Shown piece by piece: positions 49,371 to 62,212 of a stretch of DNA of 64,000 nucleotides; position 1 is the stretch's first letter, and each line of letters starts with the position of its first letter. The stretch is from contig OX597820.1 of NCBI GenBank assembly GCA_951406725.2, forward strand, positions 35,960,001 to 36,024,000, read 5' to 3'. The notes beneath the pieces were generated by a model. That model ran no database searches. It was not told the origin of the DNA and worked only from the letters and a program-made list of their open reading frames with translations. Origin of the DNA: Octopus vulgaris. Its lineage: Eukaryota. The position numbers and the translations under genes were made by a program.

Positions 49371-50057
49371 TATTCTCAATATAAAATTGTGTACATATAA
49401 ACACAAGAGAAGCTGCCTTTACCAGGCAGCTTTACATGCTAGAAGAAATAGTCAAAACAACCAAAACCAGATTTAAGAGCAATTTTGAAGGGAATGAAAA
49501 ATAAAAACTTTTACCTTGTAACTTTTTTACAGTCATACCGAGGTTTCAAATTTTATTTAGCAAATAAAATAATTTGCTAGGCGAAATTCTCCTCAGTGAC
49601 CGCACCATAACATAAACATATAATTTAGAGACAAATAAAAAAAGAAAAACTCACTACCCTATATATTTTACGTATATGATTTTAGCATTTTCAGAAGATT
49701 AGTTCGGCATTTTTTCATTTGCTACTGACTGAAACTGCACTTGCATGGTGAATTTGAAAAATTATAATATATAATGAGGAGACACTTGTTATTTGTCTCT
49801 AAATTATATGTTAATGTTATGGTGCGGTCACTGATGAGAATTTCACCTAATAAATTATTTTATTTGCCAAATAAAATTTGAAACCTTGGTATGATCATAA
49901 AAAAATAACAAGGTAAAAGTTTTTATTTTTCATTCCCTTCAAAATTGCTCTTAAATTTTGTTTTTTGTCATTTTGACTGCTTCTTGTAGCATGTCAAGCT
50001 GCCTGTTAAAGGCAGCTTCTCTTGTGTTTAAATGTACACTATTTTATATTGAGAATA
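49371..50057. repeat. Large inverted repeat (arms 49371-49638 and 49789-50057, ~150-bp spacer)
   Basis: TATTCTCAATATAAAAT...AAGCTGCCTTT...CAGTGACCGCACCATAACAT...TTTAGAGACAAATAA vs its reverse complement; high identity. Confidence 0.95.
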
Positions 50058-50166
50058 TGTTGTCTATTGACTTTTTTATACATGCTAGTCCACTGGTGGT
50101 GAAACTTCTAAAAGATAAACTCGCTACCCTATATATTTTACCTATATATATATATATATATACATA

Positions 50167-50383
50167 CATACAAATATTCTATAACTTTAATCAGGGATCA
50201 GCTAATTGCTTCACCGCACACTGAATTTAGAAATAGGAGTTAAAATGCCTTTTCTGCTACCATAAAGATCTCCCACACAGTAACACTTTTTTACATAGGC
50301 AAAAGAAAAAATAACATATCCACAAAACTCAGATTAGCTGACCCCTGATTATAATTATGTTTATAATTATAGAATATTTGTAT
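50167..50383. repeat. Second, smaller inverted repeat / MITE
   Basis: ATACAAATATTCTATAA..AATCAGGG.TCAGCTAAT vs ATTAGCTGACCCCTGATT...TATAGAATATTTGTAT. Confidence 0.75.
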
Positions 50384-52042
50384 AATTTTACCTGAAAAGG
50401 TTATTTTAACATACCAAACTACTTGGTAAAATTATTAATTATTAATTAATTGACTAATTTTACCCTTTTATTTTTATTATATATATATATATATATACAT
50501 ATAGATGAGTGTGTATGTATGATGTATATGTGCGTGTGTGTATTATTTCATTATAGTAATCTAAATAAATAAAAATGTAAAATATAAAATAATAAATGGT
50601 GCTATTTTATATAAAAGACAATCTGTTGTTTTCCCTGGTTCAAGGAATGTATTGGTGTTCTATGTCACTACATATTAATACAAGTCTCATTTATTCATTT
50701 AACATCCATTTTTCCATGCTAACAGGTTTGAATGGAGAATCATCTGAGGCAAGGTTTTTACTTCTGGATGCTTTCCTATTGCTAATTCTTACCTGTTTCA
50801 CAAGACAAGGATCTCTTTATTTCATAGGTCTTTGATGTGCAGTGACTGGTCAAAATATCAACAAAGAATGTCAACATTGGCACCACTTTGCTCAAGTGGT
50901 GACAAGCATGGAATATAAACATTCAGACACATTTGTACACAAATGCTCATACACAAATATATGATGGGCATATGTTGGGCCTCACAGAGGCAATGACAAA
51001 AGACCAAGACCTCTGGAGGTATGCTGTGACTGAGAAGACCTGGCAAATAAAGTGAATCCACAGCTGTAACCTATACAAGTGTCGCATAACCAGCCCACTC
51101 AAAAGTACCTTGGATCGTAGGGTGATATGCCATGCTTGAGGAGACCTATTTAGTCAAGTACATCAACATCAGCAATATCAAAATCAAATCAAATGGAAAT
51201 TGTAGTTGTGAGCCCTAGCCGGTAGCATGTAAAAAGCACCATCCAAACGTGGCCAATGCCAGTGCTGCCTTGACTGGCTTCCATGCCAGTGGCACGTAAA
51301 AAGTACTATCTGAGTGTGGTCGATGCCAGCTCCTCTGACTCCTTCTGCCAGTAGCACGTAATAAGCACCCATTACACTCTCGGAATAGTTGGCGTTAGGA
51401 AAGGCATCCAGCTGTAGAAACACTGCCAGATCAGATTGGGGCCTGGTGCAGCCTCCTGGCTTCCCAGACCCCATTCAAACCATCCAACCCATGCCAGTAT
51501 GGAAAACGGATGTTAAACGATGCTGTTGCTGGTGCTGGTTGTTGTTGCTGTTGTTCAGTTTCTGACTCCCAAATTTCCTTACATGGCATTGATTAGCCTG
51601 GAGCTATAAGTAGGAGAAAAAGATTCCACACACAGACCAAAACTTTGTGATTGGATTTGGTAGATGGAAACTAAAAGGAGCTTGTCATATACATATGTTT
51701 GTGTCTCTTTGTCTTGACATTTGTGTGATAGTTGTAGACAAGGATCACTGTCATACAAGCAGTGTTGTTCATTTCCTATCTTCCATAAAAGCATGATTAG
51801 CTTATGGGAAAACATTACCTTACTTAGAAATAAGTCAGGTTTGACAACAAGCAAAGATATTTAGTTGTAGAAAATCTGAGAGAAATATTATATATATGTG
51901 TACTTATTCTATTAATCTCATTTCTACTTATTCTATTGGTCTCTTTTGCTGAACTGCTAAGTTACTGGGATGTAAACACACTAACACCAGTTGTCAAGCA
52001 GTGGTGAGGGACAATGACACACATAGATATATACACACATAC

Positions 52043-52087
<45 letters not shown>

Positions 52088-52251
52088 AGTTTCTTTCAGT
52101 TTCCAGCTACCAAATCCACTCACAAAGCTTTGGTTGGCCTGAGGCTATAGTAGAAGACATTTGCCCAAGGTGTCATGTAGTGAGACTGGGCCTGGAACCA
52201 TGTGGTTGGACAGCAAGCTTCTTACTATATAGCCACGCCTGTGCCTATATG

Positions 52252-52306
<55 letters not shown>

Positions 52307-52610
52307 GTGTGTGCATGCATGCATGATGGAAGATGATAGTTGCATGAGAACCTTCCCAATAAGTTACATTACCAAAATAATGTAAAAATTAGTGTACTAA
52401 ACACCAGCTATATCCTCAATTATGTGTATTATTTAAAAGATGGCAATGAACAGATTAATTATTCCTGCTGTTGTTATTTTTTAATTTCCTTTTGTTTTTA
52501 TTTTATTTTATTTTCTGTTTTCAATGTTTCACAAACCATCACTGTTGATTTATTTCACACATCAGTCAATAATTTAACTCAACACAGTTCTTGACAGCAT
52601 AGTTTTTGCA

Positions 52611-52649
<39 letters not shown>

Positions 52650-52651
<2 letters not shown>

Positions 52652-52900
52652 CGTGCTGGTGGCACGTAACAAACACCATCCGAGCGTGGCCGTTCGCCAG
52701 CCTCGTCTGGCACCTGTGTCGGTGGCACATAAAAAGCACCCACTACACTCACGGAGTGGTTGACGTAAGGAAGGGCATCCAGCTGTAAAAACACTGCCAG
52801 ATCTGACTGGCCTGGTGCAGCCTTCGGGCTTCCCAGACCCCAGTTGAACCGTCCAACCCATGCTAGCATGGAAAGCGGACGTTAAACGATGATGATGATG
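52650..52900 (+). mobile_element. RTE 3'-end copy embedded in a (TTA)n tract
   Basis: (TTA)n on both sides; CpG-intact, so probably a young copy. Confidence 0.85.
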
Positions 52901-52940
<40 letters not shown>

Positions 52941-52944
52941 ATCA

Positions 52945-54350
52945 TTCAGTAGTTTTATTTTTATAGCGTGCTTTCACTTCACTACCGAGCGCAGCTCTGT
53001 GTGCCTTAGGTATGTGCTGTGATTTGTTGTGATGCTCTGATGGTTATTGTATGGAAAGTGTTCTGCGTAGGATGTGTGCAGTGCCTAGTAGTGCAATTTT
53101 CTGTATGTTATATGTGTTTGTAAGTCCTGGTGTTTTTGTTATGTATTTGTCTGAATATTTTTTTATCATGCCTAATGCACCTACTATGATAGGAATTGTT
53201 TCTGTTTTTAGATTCCACATTCTGGTTACCTCTATTTCCAGGTCTTTGTATTTTGAAAGTTTCTCCATTTCTTTTAGAGACACGTTGTCATCTGCTGGTA
53301 TTGATACATCAATTAGAAAGCATTTTTTTTCTTCATGATCTCTGACAACTATATCTGTTGGCCTTAATTTCTCTATCTGTGTGTATCGGCATATCCCAGA
53401 GTATGGTTGCTTTCTCGTTTTCTGTGACCTTTTCTGGTGTGTGCCTATACCATCTTTTTTCTGTTGTTATTCCATAATGTTGGCATAGCTTCCAGTGTAT
53501 GTAGGTTCTAACTCTGTCATGTCTGTGAATATATTCCTTCTTAGCCAGGACTGGGCAGCCAGAGATAATATGATTTATTGTTTCTTGTCCATCTCCACAT
53601 ATTCTGCAGTTACTTGTTATATTTCTTTTCATTACATGTTTTTGGTAATTTCTGGTGGGAAGGCTTCGGTCTTGTGCTGCAATTAAAAATCCCTCTGTCT
53701 CTGCTTTGAGTCCTGAGCTTCTCAACTATTGCTGGGATTTTTCTTTGTCTATTTCTTTTGCGTTTAGTTTAGTCCAGTATTTACCATGAAGGGGCTTTTC
53801 TTGCCATCGTTTTATCATGGTTCGTTGCTGTTCTATTTTTAGTTTGGATTTCATTTGTTTTATAGCTTTTGTTGTTTCTTCATCTTCTTCTTCTTCTTCT
53901 TCATATTTATTAGGTGGTATGATTTCTTGTTTGTATTTGTCAGCTTCCTTAAATACTGAGAACAGTTTTTTGTTTTGCTCGTGTTTTGCCGCTATTTGTA
54001 TCAGTTTTCCTTCCTTCTGAAGTAGATATTTTTGCAGTTCTATGGTGGTTATTTTATAGTAGTTTTCCAGCTGTATAAGGCCTCTACCACCTTCTATACG
54101 TTGTATATATAGTCTTTCTATGTCAGATTTTGGGTGATGCATCCTAGATCCTGTCATAATTTTTTTTGTTTTCCTATCTATTTTGGTCAGTTCATTTAGT
54201 GTCCAGTTAAGGATATTGTAGCTGTAGCTTATAACTGGGACAGCTAAAGTGTTAATACCTATTATCTTGTTTTTAGTATTGAGCTCTGTTTTTAGTATTG
54301 ATCTAACTCGTCTATAATATTCTTTTTTTATTTTCTCTTTCATTTGTGTG
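52945..54350 (-). mobile_element. 5'-truncated Dong/R4-clade non-LTR retrotransposon with restriction-like endonuclease
   Basis: RLYIQRIEGGRGL, KPLHGKY, ETEGFLIAAQD, CCHC CRICGDGQETINHIISGC, RHD, WD.PI.TD, KLSKYKDL...IPIIVGALG; 3' end abuts (TAA)n. Confidence 0.92.
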
Positions 54351-55206
54351 TTGTGTCAACCAGTCAACCACTGGTGTTACTGTAATCAACAATCCCTCCC
54401 TAATTGCTGGTCATCACACTGGGCAGAATGCTTAGCTGCATATCATCTGTCTTTATGTTCTGAGTTCAAATTCCACCAAGATCGACTTTACCTTTCACCC
54501 TTTGGGGGAGGGGGAGGTCGATAAAATAAGCACCAGTTGAATACTAGGCTCAATGTTGTCAACTTCCACCCTTCCCCAAAATTGCTAGCCTTGTTCTCTT
54601 TTACTTGTTTCAGTCATTTGACTGCAGCCATGCTGGAGCACTGCCTTCAGTCGAGCAAATCAACCCCCGGACTTATTCTTTGTAAGCCTAGTACTTATTC
54701 TATCGGTCTCTTTCACCGAACCGCTAAGTTACAGGGACGTAAACACCCCACCATCGGTTGTCAAGCAATGTTGGGGAGACAAACACAGACCCACAAACAT
54801 ATACACACACATACATCATCATCATCATCATCATCGTTTAACGTCCGTTCTCCATGCTAGCATGGGTTTGACGGTTCGACCGGGAATCTGGGAAGCCAGA
54901 AGGCTGCACCAGGCTCCAGTCTTATCTGGCAATGTTTCTACAGCTGGATGCCCTTCCTAACGCCAACCACTCCGTGAGTGTAGTGGGTGCTTTTCACGTG
55001 CCACCTGCACAGGTGCCAGGCGAGGCTGGCATCGGCCACGGTCTGATTGGTGCATTTTACGTGCCACCGGCACGGAAGCCAGTCGAGGCGGCGCTGGCAT
55101 CTGCCACGATTCGGATAGTGCTTTTTACGTATCACCAGTCCAGGGGTCCTGGCATCTGCCGGGTGCCAGTCATAGGATTGGTTCAATTTCGATTCCGATT
55201 TCGATT

Positions 55207-55245
55207 TATGTATATGTATATATATATATATGTATATGTATATAT

Positions 55246-55309
<64 letters not shown>

Positions 55310-55358
55310 ATATATATATGTGTGTGTGTGTGTATATATATATGTGTGTGTGTGTGTG

Positions 55359-55405
<47 letters not shown>

Positions 55406-55425
55406 GTGTGTGTGTGTATGTGCGA
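55207..55425. repeat. Compound (TA)n/(TG)n microsatellite
   Basis: Directly visible; many similar tracts elsewhere (3470-3720, 9040-9165, 18975-19085, 56925-57125, 58130-58400). Confidence 0.97.
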
Positions 55426-56936
55426 TATAACACATATACTTACGTGAGTGCGGGAGAAACAATAGAAGACAAATGGAGCTCTTGTTATGCCATTAAAAAT
55501 ATTATTAACGTTTTTGCGCGCACGCACGTGTTTGTTGTATATGTGTACATATATGCATGTTTATGCATGAATACGTGTGCGTATCTATGCACATGTATGT
55601 GTGTGCGAGTGAGTGGGAGACCATGCACTTGTCAGCAACCACCACAGAAAAGCAAGTTGCTGTTGATAGAATCATTTAAAATCAATGAGGGAAGCTAAGT
55701 TAGACAATACAAGTCGTGTTGACAAATGGTTCAGTAATTAAAGGTGGAAGAATATCATAATGGCGGGAGATGAAAAGAAAAAGGAAAGAAAGAAAGAGGG
55801 AGTGATGCTTATAATGGCAAAGAAAGGTGGCAGCGGTGGCGATGTTGTTGATTGTTGGGGGTTTATAGGTACAGAATCGATGGTTATAGGTACATTATAA
55901 ATAAACATGTTGAGAAAATTGATGAACAGATATTAAGAAGGAAAGAAGGCATAGAGAAAAAGAGATGAACAGAGACGTGGTAGAGAGAAAGAGGTGGGTT
56001 AAGAGATGATGATATTTAGCTGAAGTAACAGAGTGACTCAAGGCCCGAGAGTTTTGTGCTTTGGCACTTATCAAACCTCTCGGACCTGGAGTCACTCTGT
56101 TACTTCAGCTAAATATTCTTTTCTGCTCTAGGCACAAGGCCCGAAATTTTAGGGGAGATCGATTCCAGTACGCAACTGGTACTTAATTTATCCACCCCAA
56201 AAGGATGAATGGCTAAGTCGACCTCGGCGGAATTTGAACTCAGAACGTAAAGGTAGACGAACTTCTGCTAAATATTAATAAAAATATACTTGCATCAACA
56301 TACCTATACACACACACACATACGTGTGTGAATTGGTGCGAAGACATGAAGAAGGGGGATAAAGGCATGACATGAAACAAAGAATGATGGTGGGAGACAC
56401 GAGAGACGTAGAGAGAGAGTGTGTGTGTCGTTGTGGAAATATAATTGTGAAAGTGAAAGTGAGAAAGAAATTTGGTGTGGGAAGAAAGATAAAAAGAAAA
56501 GGTGAAAGTGAACTCGTGGAAAGTGTAGATGGAGCGAGAGAGAGAGGGGGGGGAAATGAAGAGATGGAAGGGAAAAATTTGAAGAGAGAACGTGAGTGAA
56601 CGAAAACGTATGGAGTGTATCAGAAGGGGAGGATTGTGAGGAAAAAGGTTAATCACATAGAGAGAGTGAGACTGAAGCTATCCGAAATACAAGTATGAAA
56701 GAAAGAGCGAGAGAAGAGCATGCGGTGCGGTAGGGAAAGGATGGATTGATTGAACAAGAAGAGGAGGTTAAAAGTGGGAGGAAGGTTATGGAATAGGTGG
56801 AAACAGTGAGGAAAGGGGAAATACGGGAAGTGGAACAGTTAAAGGGAGAAGTGGTGGGAGGAAGGGGAATAGTAAGAAAATAATGAGAATTAGGGAGAGT
56901 GGGGTAGAGCGTAAATTTAATGTATGTGTGTGTATG

Positions 56937-56970
<34 letters not shown>

Positions 56971-56981
56971 TATATATATAT

Positions 56982-57034
<53 letters not shown>

Positions 57035-57080
57035 CACACATGTATACACGTCAAAAATATCTATATATGCACAAGCGTGA

Positions 57081-57128
<48 letters not shown>

Positions 57129-57544
57129 GTTAAAGAACTGTTGAAATAAAACAAATATACATGCATGTACATATTGAGTGTGAGATCAATCGATCGATAG
57201 ATAGATAGATATATGGATGGACAGAAGTGCTATTAAATTAGCAACTACAGGATTAAAACACTGTGTGTTGAAAGAAGTGAGATGGAAACACAGCGAACTA
57301 TCATCAATAGAAAAAACAATCGATTAAATTAATGAACAAACTCTCTCTCTCTCTCTCTTCTTCTTCTTTCACTTCTCAAACACAATATATACTGCCTTCT
57401 AAAGCTCTCTCTTTCTCCTTCTCTCTCCCTTTCTCTCTCTCTCTCAAGACACTTTTTCGACCTCCTCTCTGTTTCTCTCTCAATCTTACTCTTTCTATCA
57501 GTTTTTCACACATACTCTCTCTCTCTCTCTCTCTCCCCTTTCTT

Positions 57545-57714
57545 GTGGTTACCAATCACTGCCGACACTACCATCACTGTCGCTAAAATCAATACAACCA
57601 CAACAGCAGCCAGAACTAACATTTCATTCATTGTAGCAGATCTGGGCATTATTATCATCACCTATCTTCCATCATCAGGTTTGTAGCCGCTTCAAGGCGT
57701 ACGGATCGACCCAG
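57545..57714 (+). promoter_or_regulatory. Possible promoter / first non-coding exon of the next gene
   Basis: CT-rich tract 57340-57545, CpG-containing segment ending CCAG|GTGAGA (donor at 57715), followed by T-rich and then CpG-depleted sequence. Confidence 0.3.
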
Positions 57715-58131
57715 GTGAGATATATGTGTATAAATACATGTACATACGTTTATACATTTTTTTAAAAATCCCCTTTGTTCTGAACCTTGCTTCTATTTTA
57801 GTTTATTTTCTTCAATGTTCGCCACCTTCTAAATAAATTACTAATTTTATTTCAATTTTCGGTACCTCAACATCTCTCCCGATTTTTTTTCCCGTTGTAC
57901 ACTGTAACACTATGTGCGTGTGTAGAGAGAGAAATATAGATATGTATTAGGTTCGTTTACAAATGAATACACTCAACAGCATGTATTGAGTCCGTAATCT
58001 ATTTCTTTGTTTATCCAACTATATCTGGTGGTGGAGTCAGTGATATGTACGTGTATACATCTGAATGAGTATGTATGTTTGCATGTATGTATGTATTATT
58101 GTATCTGTCAATCTATCTATTTATCTGTATA

Positions 58132-58214
<83 letters not shown>

Positions 58215-58588
58215 GCATACATATATATATATATATATATATATAAATACATATATATAGGTATATATATGTATATGTGTGTGAGTATACACAAACATAC
58301 AGATAGATGTGTATATATATTTCTATGTATATACATATATATTGCTATATATATATATATATATGTATATCTATATATCTACGTGTGTGTGTGTGTGTGA
58401 AAATGTATGTTTGTATGTATGTACATTATCCTCCACATTATTGAATTTTGTAATTCTTGAAAATTTTGCCAGCATGTGAAATTCTATTACACAAAAACTT
58501 ATTTTGTTATTGGTTTCCACATAATAAAAAAAGCCTTCTTTTCTTTTGCTGATATGAAAGGGAATAATATAACAACAGCAACAACAAC

Positions 58589-58619
<31 letters not shown>

Positions 58620-59419
58620 GTTTCTGATTTAGGCACAAAGCCAGCAATTTTAGGGGAGGATGTAACTTGCTACCATTCCAGCTTCATCTGGTATTTCACT
58701 ACTACTTTTACTTTACCATGCCCTGAGGGATAAATGGCAAAACTGACCTCAGTGGTATTTGAACTCAATTAGGAAAAAATACTGCAAATCATTGGTTTTT
58801 ATTTTTACTTTTTTGCAATACTCTGATGTGTCTGCTAGCTCACTACCACTTCTCTGCGTGAAAAATATCAATTTTTAACACGTACTTAGTGTACATAAAA
58901 GAAAAACCTTTTAATGTAAAATACATTAGGAAAGAAATAAGAACACAGTAATGTCAGTTTCTGCTATGTACTTACCACAAATAATGTTGCCTGCTGTGTA
59001 ATAGATGGTGATGTAATGGAAGTTGGTGAGAGGCACTATCTTCTGTCACGCAGATCACCATCATAGGTAGGCATCTGTTTCAAGGGTGAACAGCTTTCCA
59101 AAGTTGTTTGACATCTCCATATTGTTTTCTGTTTCTTGTTTGTGAAACAGAAAATGATATAGAGAAAGGTATCTTATATTGCAAGCTGCATGGCAACTTC
59201 ACGAGTGCTGGTGCCATGAAAAATAGCACCCAGTACATGGTGTAAAGTGGTTGGTGTTAGGAAGGACATCCAACTGTGGAAACTATGGCAAAGTTGACAT
59301 TGAAGCGTAATGCTGTTCTCTAGCAATTCAGATCCTGTCTAACTATCCAACCTATGCAAGTATGGAATATGGACGTTAAATGATGATCATGATGTTTAGG
59401 ACATACCATTTCTTTGTAT

Positions 59420-60640
59420 ATGAACTCATCTTGTAATTATGCTATGTTATCATGAGAATTGTTATCAGCAAAGACTTGAAGACCTTCTTTTATAAATGCC
59501 AACCCTTTAGATATATTCCTCATAGTCAACTGAAGTGGTGTGGGTGAAGTGTCTATGCCCTGTCCTTGCCCTGCAGTTCCCTCTGCTTCTAACATCATCA
59601 CCTCCTTATCAAACATACTTTCTTAATGACACACTAGTAACTCAAACACATCATCCTCTATGATTTCTTCAAACCTACATCATATGCTAATTCAATATAG
59701 ACAACTTTCTGATTATGGAAAATCTGCAAAGTCACTGATCTTGTCAAACACCATAGCTGAGGGTTTCACTTCATCTCATAATTGTTTAGGTTATCCACTG
59801 CATCCATTATGTTGCCCTTTTCCCAGGTTTATCTTCCCCATCAGTTTCTTTTATAAATTATTCCAAAGTACTTCTCAGGTAATGTCTTCATGTTTGCTAT
59901 CACACCCTGTTCCATCAACTGGAGTTTAAAAAGTGTACTTAGGGATGTATTCCACTTTCCCATTGTCAGAACATTTATGTTTACTGGGTGGCTTGGTGTT
60001 TTGTCTAAATGAAGCAATCGTTTGTTGGAAATTTTATGACTGATACTGTACCTTTCTATATAGGATAAAACATAATTTCTTAGACCAGTCTTGTTTCAAC
60101 ATCAAATCACAGATAGGTTAAACTTAGTATAGTCCTTGAATGCTCTTGGATTCTGAAAGTAGTATATAATTAGGGGCTTTAATTTTGTATCTTCACCAGT
60201 ATTTCCTTCCACAAGAATTTTTTCCTAAAGTCTGGTACTGATTTTTCTTAACTAGAAATAAAAATCCTAATAGGCATAGACTTCCAAAAAATCCTAGTCT
60301 CATTAATATCATTCATTTGTTCTAATGCCTCCTTCGGATGCCTTTGTTCTCATTGCTTCCTAGACCAATAATTTGTTTCAGCTCAGCTCCTTAGGATATT
60401 TTGAAACCGTCTCTTCATTAGTAATTTTAATGTTATAGAAATGAAGCCATCTCTTAAACCTTTCAGACCAGCCTTTACAAGCAAAAAAAAGTTATACATC
60501 TGAAATTGTGTTTTCTGCTTTCTGCAAATCCTTGTGCAAAGTTTTAATTTACACGTGAATGACTAGCATATTTATTGATACATTATACCCAGACTGATCC
60601 ATGCCCTCAAGAACCTTTCCATTTTAAGCATCACTTCAAA
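59420..60640 (-). mobile_element. Decayed Tigger/pogo (CENP-B-like) DNA transposon
   Basis: Minus-strand remnants resembling RFKR...FYNIKIT.E, DET.IFWK.MP.R.FIS..EKSVP, GNTGED.KLKPLIIY.FQNPRAFK and GLAFIKEGLQVFADN. Confidence 0.75.
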
Positions 60641-61774
60641 TTTATCAAAAAATAATGTCCAAGTATTTAATGAAATGGGTCTGATGCAGGGGGAAAACTG
60701 AATCATATTACACAAACATTAAAGCTTACAATGTCTACTTTGGAAATAATATGTGACTATAATGCTAACATTAGATCAAATGCTTAAAAGCCTGGACAAG
60801 TGATGCTTAAAATAGAATGACTCTTGAGTGTGTATAGATCAGCAATCAGACTGGATATAATGTTCTGAAAGACACTATTGTTATTCAAGTGGAAGCTAAA
60901 AGGTTATATTACTATTTGCAAGAAGTAGAAGGTGCAATTTCTAATGTAAAACATTTTGTTTCTAGTAAAGTCTGATTTTAACGTTTAAAAAGATATACTA
61001 ATTTTCATAACATTAAAATGACTGATAAATCTGCCATTGTTGATACAGGGGTTGCTATTAATTTTTCCAAGAAGCTGAAGAAAATAATTCCATAAGGAAG
61101 TTGTGCAACAAGTTTAATACCCAACATAGTCTCTTTACAAATCTTTTTGGTGCTACTGGCTTCACTTCTATAGGGAACCAAATATATTTTTTGAAGGGAC
61201 CAATCTTGACGAGTGCATTCTTTTGTGTGTATCTGCAGCTCTGTCTCCAGAGATGGGGCCCTAGACTTTGAAAATCAAGGTGTAGGTTGTGATCTCAGTT
61301 GCATTTGGGACATTGGAGAAATGAGTCTGATCAGCCTGGAAGCTTGAAGCTGTTAATCAGGCTTAGCATCTATGATACTTCTATCATTACATCCCTGCTG
61401 TACTCAGTCTGAGATAAGGACTCCATCATCATCATCATCATTTAAAATTCATTTTCTATGCTGGCATGGGTTGGACGGCTTGACATGCTCCAACAAGTTG
61501 CAGAACTGCATCAGGCTTGAATGTTTGCTTTGGTATGGTTTCTGTGGCTGGATGCCCTTTCTAACATCAACCACTTTACAATGTGTTCAGGGTGCATTTT
61601 TTCATGGCACCAGCACTAGAGAAGTTGCCAAGTAATTTTCAAGACAAAATTGAAACAGGAAAAAAACCCAACATATCAAAATACTTGAGATTTCACCAGA
61701 AATATCCAACACATATATTAAACATTAATCAGAAGTCTTTTACATGTGACACAGAAATATTGTAAAGATATTTA

Positions 61775-62212
61775 CACACAAGAAAATCATCCGAACGTGG
61801 CCGTAGCCAGTACCGCATAGACTGGCCTCCGTGCTTTGGGGACGTAACAAACACCATCCGATCGTGGCCGTCCGCCAGCCTCATCTGGCACCTGTGTCGG
61901 TGGCACATAAAAACACCATCCGAGCGTGGCCGTTCGCCAGCCTCGACTGGCACCTGTGTCGGTGGCACATAAAAACACCATCCGAGCGTGGCCGTTCGCC
62001 AGCCTCGACTGGCACCTGTGTCGGTGGCACATAAAATCACCCACTACACTCTCGGAGTGGTTGGCGTTAGGAAGGGCATCCAGCTGTAGAAACACTGCCA
62101 GATCTGACTGGCCTGGTGCAGCCTTCGGGCTCCCCAGACCCCAGTTGAACCGTCCAACCCATGCTAGCATGGAAAACGGACGCTAAATGATGATGATGAT
62201 GATGATGATGAT
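61775..62212 (+). mobile_element. Young RTE 3'-UTR copy with three ~59-bp tandem units
   Basis: Nearly identical to 16615-17050 and 24560-24985. Confidence 0.9.

Larger units (their letters stand above)
49047..50600 (+). other. Putative non-coding terminal (3'UTR) exon of the TERF2IP-like gene
   Basis: Strong acceptor tttttctgttctgtattttcaCAG ending at 49046; AATAAA cluster at ~50565-50596 (earlier AATAAAs also exist, so the 3' end is uncertain). Confidence 0.5.
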
